A stretch of 14,230 nt of DNA from Amoeboaphelidium protococcarum X5 (Eukaryota; Fungi; Aphelidiomycota): positions 1 to 14,230 of the forward strand of contig JALDTO010000138.1 of assembly GCA_023515725.1 (NCBI GenBank). The letters run 5' to 3'. Under the pieces are notes generated by a model, which was not told the origin of the DNA, did not search any database, and was given only the letters and a program-made list of their open reading frames with translations. Position numbers and translations under genes: made by a program. This document shows, piece by piece, positions 1 to 11,357 of the stretch (position 1 is its first letter; the number at the start of each line of letters is the position of its first letter).

Positions 1-68
1 CGCATTCTTCCAACGTCAACCTTAACGGTTTCCGTTTTTGCACTTTGCACTTTTAACAATAAGAGCAT
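1..68 (-). CDS. Possible 5' end of a gene continuing off the left edge (MLLLLKVQSAKTETVKVDVGRM...)
   Basis: ATG at 68-66 in a TATAATG context like the YME2 start, with the frame open to the window edge. Too short to recognise. Confidence 0.2.
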   Translation of the reverse strand, partial: MLLLLKVQSAKTETVKVDVGRM

Positions 69-431
69 TATATTAACGCGATAAAAAGACAATATGCCTG
101 CTGCAATTTGAGTACTAATATCATCACCGACTGATTGACACTGAGTACTTTGGGAAGAAGTAGCTATGTAAATTCACAGTATTAAACCTTCGCTGATAAT
201 GTAATAAATATTGAGAAGGATAAAGATACGCGAAATTTAATTTAATCTATGCATATAATGAGGCTCTAAGCTCATAGGAACATTTTCACAATGGATAAGT
301 TGAGAGCGCAAAGCCAATCTGTATGCAATTCATTGAGAGAGAGAGAAGAGTGGAGAATCGCGACCATCTTGTTATAAGATCGATTTTCATATTAAACTTT
401 CTAACGACTTTGATAATCAAAACTCGTACTT

Positions 432-2951
432 TCACTATTCAACTATTACTCTCTTGCACTCGGATATTGCATCGGTGTATTTAGCAATGTTCTGCTGTGA
501 AGATTACAGCTGACGACTGAGAAATGCAAATCTTGCCTTCACACTCTCACCTGCCGAGAAGTGTCGATCTAGAGGTATAGAGTCAGCTTTATCCAAATAA
601 CCACTCAGTTCAGACATTTCCTTCTCCAAATCTTTCACCTTCTTCTCCTCTTTCTGGATCAACTCTTTGTAATACTTCATGTCCATGGTGGCCCGTGTTC
701 TGGCATTCTAATACGTTTTCCAGAATGCAGTTCTAAACAGCGGTTTGGATGGGCGAATTAACAGCGGGTGTCCATCTCTGTCATACTCAATCGTGATAAA
801 CTCTGCATTCTCCATCGAGAGGAGTGCCTAATCTTTACCATCCATAATGGCAGAGTACTTGATGGAATCGAATGATACCTTGCAATCTTCAAACTTTCGC
901 AGTCCATCATTATTATTATTATCATGATCATCGTTCTATCTCTTTGAATGATCCAAATCACCAATCTTCAAAGCCAAAGTCTTTAATACAAACCAGAATT
1001 GTGCGCTGGTCCACTTCTTTGATTAAGCAGATGGAGACGATACAACTGAAGTGGTCTGGGCCACAGCATCTATAGCCTCTTCCAATCCTTCACGCCTGAC
1101 TTCAATCACAGCCTTGGACACCAGATCTTGAAGAGATTCCACAGGATCAGTTCCCGCTCTCACCTTCTCTAATAACGCTTCAATATCAGACAATCTGCCG
1201 CCAAGAGTATTAATTACACGCCGTATAAACTAATCATCCACCTCACTATTCTCCGTAGCTCCTTGTGCAAATCTCTCTGTCAGAAATCGTTCAGCATCCT
1301 CTTTAGATGCATCTTTGAATGCCAACATTTCCACTATCCTCTGACTCTGTGCATCACAGAACCACTTATTGATCCTGCCACGTACATGTCCCAGAGTGGA
1401 AGCACTCTTACAGATGATAATCACATGAGCCACTCTGCCCTGGGCTAAAGCAGATGCCCATTACAGAATCTGGTCTATAAATCGCTAATTAGCATTGCTA
1501 GCACTCTCAGGCGGTGGATTCGGATCATCACTCAGATTGATCGTAATTACAGGATAGTCGATAGTCTGCTAAGATTACTGAATATTCTTCTATTTCTACT
1601 ACTGCTTGGCCACAATCTCTGATAGCGCCACCGCAGTCAAGTCCAAAATGCGCCTGATTTCAGTATCCGTCGATGTCGATACACCCAGCTTAGATCCAGT
1701 GGAGGTGGCAACCAGAGAGTCCAGCAAGTTCTACAACCATACAAATGAAGAGAAAATGGGATAATATCCAACTTGACGCGCCAGTCTAGGTGGTAAATCG
1801 GATTCTGATCTTGACATTGTCTCATCGCAGTTTATACTGATGCCCACTTTTTTATCTGCGAGTACACTCTGTACCAATTTCGATTTACCGTATCCCTGAG
1901 GACCGACCACCAACATCACAGAAGATGGAGGTTCCTTGAGCCATGCTTACAATTTCTACTTGACCTCTAGACGACCGGCGAAATCGCTCTAAGGATCTTC
2001 TGATAGCATAGATGACTCTTTACCATGACGTTTTGATGACTGGCCAACCTATCCAAACTTGTTAAAACTGTCCCGGATCCCCTCTGGTATCAGACTCTTA
2101 TAATCATATGAAAACCATGAAGATAGCTGGGATAGATTAAACCGTTTGGTAGCCATACTCTAAATACTAAATTTTCGTATAGGATCAAACACAGCATATG
2201 ATATACCCACTAGGATTGCTCCAGCAGCTGGCAAAGTCACTCTCGGATGATCCATAACCCATTTGCGAATATTATTAGTATGCATGTACTATTCATGCTC
2301 AATGAACAATTAGGCATTACCCAACTGGTATCGATGAAGACAAATCTTGGCACTTACGGCGTCCCTTATACGCCTATAGTTGACAAGAGCATACCTGGGT
2401 AGATCTTTATTATTGGACGTGAGAGGATGCTACAACTCAACAATCTTGCCATATTACCGGAATGCTTCATACAAGGCCTCCATGCTGGGCGATTCTTAGC
2501 TATTCAGAAATTGAACTCTCAGTCTATTAGTGGGCACACGTGTAGTAAGATCTTCCATAAACGGCTCACCAAGCACCTGGAAACATCGCGGTGATCTTCC
2601 ACGCAGCCATTAGAACGGATGTCGTGTGGCAAACTGTACAGATTTCAACTACTACCGGATGGCTTCAAATACAGAATCTGGTTATAATACGCCGGATTGC
2701 GCCGACTATGCACTCAACGCTGACTTTAGCTGCAGCAATACTCCACGATCTTTGACTCTTGATATTACATGGACATCACTGGATAATCGCTGCGGTACAA
2801 ATTCAGTCAGAGCCTCCTTTTCAACCAGCTTGGCCAGCGATTTCGACTCTAAATTAATCCAAGGCAGAGCTTTTGACGCCCAAGGTCTCAGATAAACTCC
2901 AATATAAAACTTGGGTAATTAATCAATCCAGAACTTGGTATTCTTAGACAT
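432..2951 (-). CDS. YME2: Mitochondrial escape protein 2 (Yme2/RNA12 family; RRM + transmembrane segment + P-loop/AAA-like domain), 839 aa with TAA/TAG=Gln
   Basis: One frame without TGA from ATG 2951 to TGA 432-434; track ORFs 504-686, 1230-1433 and 1731-1919 are all in it. Yme2-like motifs: VLGEPFMEDL, LYEAFRQYGKI (RRM), KDLPRYALVNY, WVMDHPRVTLP...FDPIRKF, VVGPQGYGKS, QVGYYPIFS, WASAL..GRVAHVI, LGGRLSDIE, WTSAQFW, C-terminal coiled coil. The start codon is less certain than the rest. Confidence 0.9.
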
Positions 2952-3243
2952 TATAATCTTTAATTACGGCAAGCTAAATAATTAAGAGCAATATTCGAAG
3001 TAAACGCTAGTGTGTTTCTGTAAGGAGAACTGTTGAATCACTCTGTGATGATAAAGTGAAAGATTTAACTCATCTGAGATCAGGATGACTTTACAATTTG
3101 ACTCGTATAATAAAGCTGAGAAAATAATAGTTTAATGATAGATAAATTAAAGTAAATATATTGCAGACTCAAAATAATACAATCAACGACTGCAAGTCAC
3201 TAATCTTAAGAGTCGCGTGATGTGATGTTATGCGAGCACTGTA

Positions 3244-6200
3244 TCAACTTTACTTCCTATTACTAGATTGCGCGTTATTTTGCAAATTACTGTTACTACT
3301 ATTTTACTTTGGCTTTAGCTGAGACTAAGACTAGAGATAGTATTTCTTTGCCGTGTTTGAGCCAGATTGCTCGGCAGGAGGTCTCTTGTAAAGGACGGAC
3401 CACTCAGGCTGAGATGATGATTACAAAGTTGGCACAAATGATGATTACTATGACACGGTGGATTGTTTAGCCTTTTACTACTTTTTTGCTTTTCTCTGCT
3501 TCTAGTACGACGACGAGGATGAAGTCGGTTGCTTATATTATGACTCTAACCGAGATCCACTAACAGTATTCGAATTAGATTCAGAAGGGCGAGAGGTACT
3601 GGCCTATGAAGCGTTAGTTTCAGCTTTAGTAATCTTTAAATTTTTAAACATCTACAAATTGATCCACGGTGTGCGAATTCCAGTGCTATCAAGATTAAAT
3701 TATTTGGAATCTTTCAGTCTACATGGACCTAGAGAACTATTACCATCTTTATCTTGTTTAATATCAGCATGAATATCTGTATCTTTACTCTCCCCGACAA
3801 CGCTGACCATATTTTAACCATCGCCAGTCTTGGAGTATAATCGAGTCAACTCAAGATAGCCGCTTCCTAATTAACCTTTAATATAAGTAGGGACATCTTG
3901 AAATCCTTACTTATACTAAGGTAAATTTAATGGTAGAAACTGTACTTTAATTGGCTTAGACTTTGCCTGTGAAGACGATTGTTGACTTGACTAGGATGAA
4001 CTTTACTACGTACGCGATGTCCGACTTTAAGCTTACGGTGACTATGAGGAGGCAGAAGATTACTACTAAGCTTAACGCGTTTAACGCCATTATTCAAACG
4101 GTGTAGGTTAAGATCCCACTGGCAGAGCTAAATACTCACGAAGTTCGTCAATGGCAGGCTAATGCTGCTCATAACCGGGTGGTAATCTATACGGGTCGTA
4201 ATCTTCATCTTCTTCCTCATCGCCCCCGTTATTATTAACAAAGTTAAACATATCCAATCCGGAACCACCGAACATATCGACACCTCCATTTTGCATTAAA
4301 CGCATATAAGCTTACATAAACTCCTACTACTATTGTTAGCTTGCAACTGCAGGGCCAAGCCCAATATCAGAAAACTAAGAATATACCGTGTGATTCACAA
4401 GCTTCTTTATAGCCTCGGTAAATTCATCATCCAATGCACTATAAGACATCACCTTCTTTGACTATTCATTACTCAATGCCTTGGTATAACCAGTTTTAAA
4501 CTCTTCCAATTTTCTAAAATTCAACTTTATCTTTTCCACTTCTGGTGCAATTCCATCCACCGGCTCAAATACTTTGATAGAAGTATCCAGACCAGATACA
4601 ATCATAACCGGATATTTCGGATTAAAAGCCACCATATTGACAATATTTCGATCACCCTTCCAACAATAGAATGGAACATCAGCTACAAATCGATCCCAAG
4701 GCATAGGAAAGACAATCCAACAGTAAACGAAGCCATCATCAGACCCAGAGCAGAGCATACTCGAGCCAATAGGCATGCCCTCGGCAATATAATTCGGAAT
4801 AAAACTTACATGCTATATCATAGCCTGAGCATTGGCATGAGATCCACATATATGAAGAATATCACGATCGTACTACTCTACAAACTCTTTAGAAAACAAG
4901 GGCAAGAACAGAGTGCTTTTGGTCTCAGCAAAGTTCTTCCTATGCTGAGCATCCACGTCAATAGCAGCCTTACATCTCTATAAATTCAGCATTATCTACT
5001 CTTTCTTTTTGGCCGGTAGTGAGTGAAATATATGAGCTGGCGGAGTCTCAATAGGGTCATCCATCTCGTCATACTCCCAGATGGTAGCCCACGGTCCATC
5101 TTGACGAGGATACTTTACGTTCGCACCAAGAATGCTAGACATTACATCGATCACATAAATAAATTCATCAAAATAATTGATAGCAAGTTTCCCATCAACA
5201 TCCCACCTCACACTGGCAACAGTAGTAGCATTCATCTGCACACCATTAGCAATATTCTGCTAATACAAACTTTAAGGAAGCGTACCCTCCTTTTTCGCCT
5301 TCATATACTCTGGATGCTGCCTCTGCAACTCAGTAGGAGATAACATCACGCGATCCTCAGCATCTTTCAACAGACCATACTGATCAGCAATGACACTCTG
5401 CTAAAATCTCATGTGACTAGGAGAGAATGCATAACAAAGACCTTTGTAACAGTCCAGGCTGGGTGGATACAGATACTAATTATCACTAGAATGAGATTCA
5501 CGCTATTCAAAAGTGGGTCGAAACTTGGGATCATCAGTCGGACTATGATAAATTGGACCAGTGAGCTTTCTACGATCGAATAGGCGCACAAAGGAGTCGT
5601 TACAACCAAGCGCAATATAATTGGGATCAGTAGAGAGAATGTCCATGGAGGTGACGGCCAATTTAGTAATTAGAGGACAAGCACCTGGAGCAAAAGGACT
5701 TTTACCAAAACCGTCGATCGCAGAGGCAGACTTGGATGGGCGGAGAGAGAATTAATCGCAGCAATTGCATTTATTATACTCTGGTGCAACATTGATATCA
5801 ATGAGAGTGTGTCTATTACAGTGAAGGTCCGCCCTCTTGCTCAAACGACTTTAGCAACTGCAACTGGTACGAATGCGAAGGTCATACTGATTGACTGTAC
5901 CATCCTCACTGCAGGAGAAGAAATTACTTACGGTATTCAGTGGATCTATCACGACCTCATGCACAAAACCAGCGTGGCAATTAAACGTACTAGAAGCAGC
6001 CTGTTTGTTTTTATAGTACGCGTTAATGTCAGTATAAGATACTCGGAAGTCAGCACCACCAGCAATCACGGCACTTATACCGTTCATAAACTTTGCATTA
6101 AATATATTCCCCTGATGCTTAGTTTTGAGTCTATGGACAAGATGTTTCGGTTTGACGCCATTAACCACCACAGCACCAGAGTCATCCATCAGCTAGGTGT

Positions 6201-6351
6201 CATAAATGTTCAAGTGACAATCATCACTACCGCTGACAATGTACCGACCACTGTCATCCCAGGCAATTGAGTTCACTGCCGCAGTGTGACCTTTCAACTC
6301 TTCAGTGAACGCGAATCGTTTCACCAAATGCTCTGTATTAACGTCTGCCAT
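3244..6351 (-). CDS. WD40-repeat DDB1/CUL4-associated factor, DCAF6/WDTC1/DCAF8-like, 1035 aa with a long S/Q-rich C-terminal tail
   Basis: One TGA-free frame from ATG 6351 to TGA 3244-3246, joining track ORFs 5851-6189, 4996-5241 and 4462-4776. Motifs: LKGHTAAVNSIAWDDSGRYIVSGSDD, HQGNIFNAKF, FSCSEDGTVNQYDLR, PNYIALGCNDSFVRLFDRRKL, CSGSDDGFVYCW, GDRNIVNMVAFNP..PVMIVSGLDTSIKVFEP. Confidence 0.85.
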
Positions 6352-6871
6352 AAAATTACAAAGTTTAAACTTTGAGTCTTTAATTGTAGTAACTTCTAAC
6401 TGAATGTAACAAGATATAACGGATATAGAGTCTTTCAGTACAGTATTTAGTAGAATGAAAGAGGAAGAGAGAAGAAGAAACTCAAAGCGGAAAAGGAAGT
6501 GGCTGACTGTGATTGGCCGAAACTGTAAAAAAGTCTGAAACGATGCGCGTTGGACTATTCAAGAAGTTTGAAACGCAATTTTAGAGAATACGGAGTATAT
6601 CCTACTTGGATTCTAATTGAACGCAATTTTCAGCATATTCAAAGTTCTCACTTGGCTGCGACAATACAAAAAAATATAAATTAATTCAGTTATAATGGTT
6701 GGTTTCTTCATCTCTAGTGGTAATGGTGAATTCCGATCTTACAAGTGATTATCCAATCAGAACCCCTATTCCGATTTGAATTTTTGCATCCAAATAGTCA
6801 CGGGTCTGATTAAAGGTCTTTTTACCTATCAGCCATTCTAGTCCTCATCACCATTTAATTTTAATTCCAAA
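6352..6871. promoter_or_regulatory. Divergent promoter region of the WD40 gene and the ENT gene, with CCAAT boxes and a short direct repeat
   Basis: Head-to-head genes; GATTGG near 6511 and CCAATCA near 6753; AACGCAATTTT at both 6572-6582 and 6620-6630. Confidence 0.4.
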
Positions 6872-8317
6872 ATGCTATCGCTAATTAGTTCTAAATGGAT
6901 ATTCTTTGCGCTGGGAAATGGAATGCTCTTCCCGTGGAATATATTCATAACCTGCAATGAATACTTTTCATAGTAGCTTGATCCTACCCAGTTCAGAGAC
7001 AACTTTGATCACTACTTTGCCATTGGATTCATGATCACCAACTTCTTTGTGCTGCTATTCATCTTGATGGCCAAGGACAGTATCAAGGCTTTGACAAAGA
7101 TTAAGGCATCGCTGATAATTAATGCTTTGGTGTTCATCTGCTGTGTGATTTTGACGCGTTTTCAGTTTCACAATGATCGCCAAGCGTCGAATGTCTTCTT
7201 CTACATTAATATGGTGCTGGTGGTGATCAGTGGTACGTCCACAGCCTTCTTGTAGAATGGAGTATTCGGTCTAGTGTCGTTATTCGGTCATGAGGAGACC
7301 ACGATGGTGATGTCTGGTCAAGGCTTGGCGGGATCGCTGGTGTGTCTTTTGCAAATTGGATCCCTTCTGATTGGCGATGGAGATCACTCGTTCAGTGCGG
7401 CTTTGTATTTTTCTATCGCTGCTCTGGTGCTGTTGATTTGTATCGCTCTATCATTTATGCTTGCGAATACTGATGGCTACAAGAAGGCAATTTCAGAATA
7501 GTTATCAAGTATTAATGCTGATGAAATCACTGATTTTGTATAGGAATCTGAGGTGGAGGATGGCTCGCAGAAGAAGGAACTAAGCAATGTCGCTGCACCA
7601 TCAGGAGTTTTCGCTGTGCTCGGCCGTATCTGGATACTGGCATCATCAGTGTTCACAGTGTATCTAGTGACTCTGGCTCTATTCCCAGCTATTTTGAGTA
7701 CTGTGAGGCCTGCTAATGAATCTCTGGATTCTGAATCCAAGTGGAGACTACTTTTCATCCCGGTCACTTTTCTGATTTTTAATCTTGGAGACTGGTTGGG
7801 TAAAGCTCTGCCTGGTATCGTGATTTTTAACAAGTTTGTCGATTGGGTGGTAAAGAGTCCAATGACTCTAAAGTCCAAGGCGCGTTTGACATGGCTGATG
7901 TCAGTGCTTAGATTGTCATTCATTCCGCTGGTTCTATTGTCGAACACTGTCATATCTTCTGACATCAGTAGACAGTTTCCACTGTGGATTAATAATGATA
8001 TTGGATACTTGATTATTGTCGCGTTATTCGCCATATCTAATGGATATCTCGGTACATTGTGCATGATCAATGGACCGCAGTTGGCCGTTGACTTTGGGTA
8101 AATCCATGCACAGCGCAGCGATTATATTCTGGTTGATTAATAACAACTGTAATCTACAAGTGGAGAGTACGCGGTGAAGTAATACAACGATAAAGATAAA
8201 GAGACGGCTGGTTCCCTTATGGTATTCTTTCTAACCACTGGACTCACTGTTGGATCTTTGTTAAGTTTCGTTATCAGGTCAAGTATGTGTGCATGGTGCA
8301 ATCCTTTTGAACATTGA
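6872..8317 (+). CDS. Equilibrative nucleoside transporter (ENT/SLC29, Fun26-like), 481 aa
   Basis: ATG 6872 to TGA 8315-8317 in one frame, joining track ORFs 7031-7255, 7274-7501 and 7553-8101. ENT motifs: LGNGMLFPWNIFIT..YF, FLQNGVFGL, MSGQGLAG, VTLALFP, FNLGDWLGK, LRLSFIPL, FAISNGYL, ETAGSLMVFFLTTGLTVGSLLSF. Many hydrophobic segments. Confidence 0.93.
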
Positions 8318-8417
8318 TTTGTTAGGCATCATGCTTAGTGCGTTAGAATGAAAAGAAGAATATATTTTAAACGTGATTACTAACATATATCGCTCACTTA
8401 TCCTCACCTAATCATCA

Positions 8418-11357
8418 TCACAAATTCTTTACGATCATTCTCTGCTAATGACCATTTGCATCCACCTCTTCGACCAGCTGATAGCCATACTTGACAAAGC
8501 TTGGACTCTTGTAAAAGAATGTACAGCTCTGGATGTTGTGCTCTCTTGCGCGCGATTCAAACTCTTCTGCCGGAAATTTGACTTGGCGAATGTCATTTGA
8601 ATTCACAGAATCCTCATTGTCATCTCCTCCATTGGCGGAGTAGCGCATGTAATTGAAGTGGTTCTGCGCGATAGTCTTGACCAAATGATGCAGCAACTCT
8701 TCATTATCCTGACTGCTATTCATGTACTTTTAAAACTTTCGGCGTAACTACTTTTACACAGATAACTTATTGGAAGCCAGGAAACTTTCCAACATCACCT
8801 GAATAGCAACATCCAAATCCTACTGGCGCACATAATCTCTCAAATGCATCTTTGCATGAGCCTCAGCCATTCTGATCATACTCTCAACGTGACGCACAGT
8901 CATAGGAATGGAACCACACGCAATAGACTCTCTACGCAGTGCAGAATACACTTTTGCCATCTTGTCTTGATCCAGATCAGTTAGGCGGGGGTGAACGTTC
9001 TCGCGAGAGTACATAAGATACTTGCGCAGCAGATTCTAATCAATGAAATCAGTGTCAACGTCGTCGGCATCATCTTTCTACTGCGGCTCAGCGTCAGGAT
9101 GACTTCTCATATGAGAGTGGACGACGAAATCGGCAAGTCTCTAATCCAGCTCAACATCTACAACGTCTTTAACCACACATAGGACATCAAAACGAGACAG
9201 AATAGGTTCAGTCAGGTCGACATTGTCCTAGAATGACTGCAGAGGATTGTAGCGGCCGTACTTGGGATTAGCGGCGGCCATAACGGCACAGCGAGCCTAA
9301 AGAGTACAGATGATACCAGCTTTACTAACGGAAATGGACTGTTGCTCCATAGCTTCATGAATCGAAGTTCTATCCTGCTCATTCATCTTGTCAAATTCAT
9401 CAATAAGGCAGACTCCTTTATCTGCCAGTACTAATGCTCCACCTTCCAGAGTCCACTCTCTCGTCACTGGACTCTTGTGCACCGAAGCAGTCAGACCGAC
9501 AGCAGAAGCACCTTGACCAGTCGTAAACACGGCACGATTCGCAGTCTTCTCAACGTACTTTAAAAACTAAGACTTGGCCGTTCCCGGATCACCCATCATC
9601 AGAACATTGATATCACCACGCAGGCGATGCTTTCCCTAAATATCTTTGGCAACTCCACCAAAGAGGGACAATGCAATTGCACGCTTAATGTTATCATGAC
9701 CATAAATACTAGGAGCAATACTCTTGACGATTCGGCGACTGATTCTAGGATCTTTAGACAGTGCCACAATAGCCTGTTTATCCTCCTGACTAAGTTTTAC
9801 CGCGGCAAAGGCATCCTCACGCTTACTGATATGATTAGCCTCAATTACAGTTGCAAACAGAGGAAATCCATTATTAGCATTCAGATTGATATCCAAGACA
9901 TTCTTGTAAATGCCAGTGATCTCCACAGCTTCTCCGGGACGCACAGTATCGACCAAATCACGCAGCAGAATAACTTCCTTACTGCGCGGCAATCTGCCAG
10001 CAGGAACAGTACCAGGGCTTTCCTACAGCGTAATCTTCTGGTAATCACAGTACGACGTCTATTCACTCTTGATGTTAAAAGGACCTCTTCCTTCACATGA
10101 GGCACATTTACTCAACTTTGGCTCTTCACTGCCCAGTTGATAAAATGGACCCATCAAATGACCACACCTTGCACAACTGTAAGTGACATACTTGATCTAA
10201 GGCATCAGAGAGGATCTTTTAGTCACAACACCACTGATACGAACCAGTTTATTAACGTGATGATGTCTCAGCTCTCGGATGGTCTCAACAGTGGGCAGGT
10301 CGGTGACACGAACATGGATCTCATCAACAATTCGTGAATACATATCGAATCTCTCCGCTACCATCTTGGCGGCAACCTCATCGAATATCTCAAGCATCTC
10401 AGCAGGAGCATCCGCTAGCCATAGAGCAAGTATGGCATGAGAGTGTGTCAAATCCGCAAAAGAAATCTCCAGCGAACGCCCATTCTGCTCACACATACGT
10501 TGGATTCTCTCTTCATAAACCAGGACACCATGGTCATTTTTGAACTCTGATAGAAACTTGCGAAACTGATGAGAGATGTGGAGACGAGGTTAATCCATAA
10601 TGACCCACTGAGCAACCGTGCGATCTTTCAAATCATCCAACACAAACGCAGTGTCCTACATATAAACAAAGAAGGGACAGCAATTGATCTATACAAGTCT
10701 CAAACAGTTATACTTACCAGAGCATTAGGATCGTATCCTTCCTCAGAAGCACCATCATCACCTTGACGCCTACGACGCCGTGGCATGCGATTGAAAACAT
10801 CAGCAATACCTCCATCATTGTCATCATCACCAATAAAAGCAGCAGGTACTCTACCTTCACGGCGAGCACGTTCTCTATCACGCTTGTTCAGCATAGCATC
10901 GACAGCATTCTAGTCAGCGAGACTCAAGTCGGAGAAAACTTGGTCATCGAGTCCTTATTCTTCATACACATCCAGCTCTTGATGCCCACGGTAGTCGCTA
11001 CATTACAGAACAGATAGATACAATAGGTCAGATATAAAGCACGACTGTATAAGAACAAATATGCTTACTTTAAGAAATCCTCTTTGAACAAATCTTCACC
11101 GTCATCATCATCTTCATCTTCGAGAACATCAAACTCCATGCGCTCCCTCGCAATGACTTCATCCTCATCTTGATACACATCGCGCACCTCATCATCATTG
11201 TCTTCATTCAAGTCTTGGCCATCGTAGACCAAGTTCTGGTCCAGATTCTCCTACTCTTCAGCCTGAGGATGCTCCACTGGCCGTGATCTCTTTGACTACA
11301 CTATTTCAGGTTTTATATGAAGCTCTGGAAAGAAAGAAGGGGGTGAGGTCTTACCAT
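8418..11357 (-). CDS. MCM2: DNA replication licensing factor MCM2, 915 aa; exons 11355-11357, 11069-11295, 10718-10997, 8418-10655
   Basis: Acidic N-terminus with GEDLF..DYR...LDVYE..GLDD (MCM2-specific), C4 zinc finger CARC...[27 protein letters not shown] (Walker A), IDEFDKM (Walker B), [14 protein letters not shown] (Arg finger), [21 protein letters not shown]. Exons total 2748 nt, a multiple of 3; stop is TGA at 8418-8420. Confidence 0.96.
10656..10717 (-). other. Spliceosomal intron 3 of MCM2 (62 nt, phase 0)
   Basis: GTAAGT...TATGTAG; explains the frame change between YDPNAL and [10 protein letters not shown]. Confidence 0.9.
10998..11068 (-). other. Spliceosomal intron 2 of MCM2 (71 nt, phase 2)
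   Basis: GTAAGC...AATGTAG; removal restores the conserved [14 protein letters not shown] and explains the frame change. Confidence 0.92.
11296..11354 (-). other. Spliceosomal intron 1 of MCM2 (59 nt), directly after the ATG
   Basis: ATG|GTAAGA...AGTGTAG|TCA AAG AGA; splicing puts the ATG in frame with exon 2. Confidence 0.8.

Noticed and set aside
906-932. (ATT)n/(ATC)n microsatellite
   Set aside because: It encodes a D/N-rich loop inside YME2 and is not an independent element.
6572-6630. 11-bp direct repeat AACGCAATTTT as a CRISPR or transposon end
   Set aside because: Only two short copies in a eukaryotic promoter, with no array, inverted repeats or transposase.
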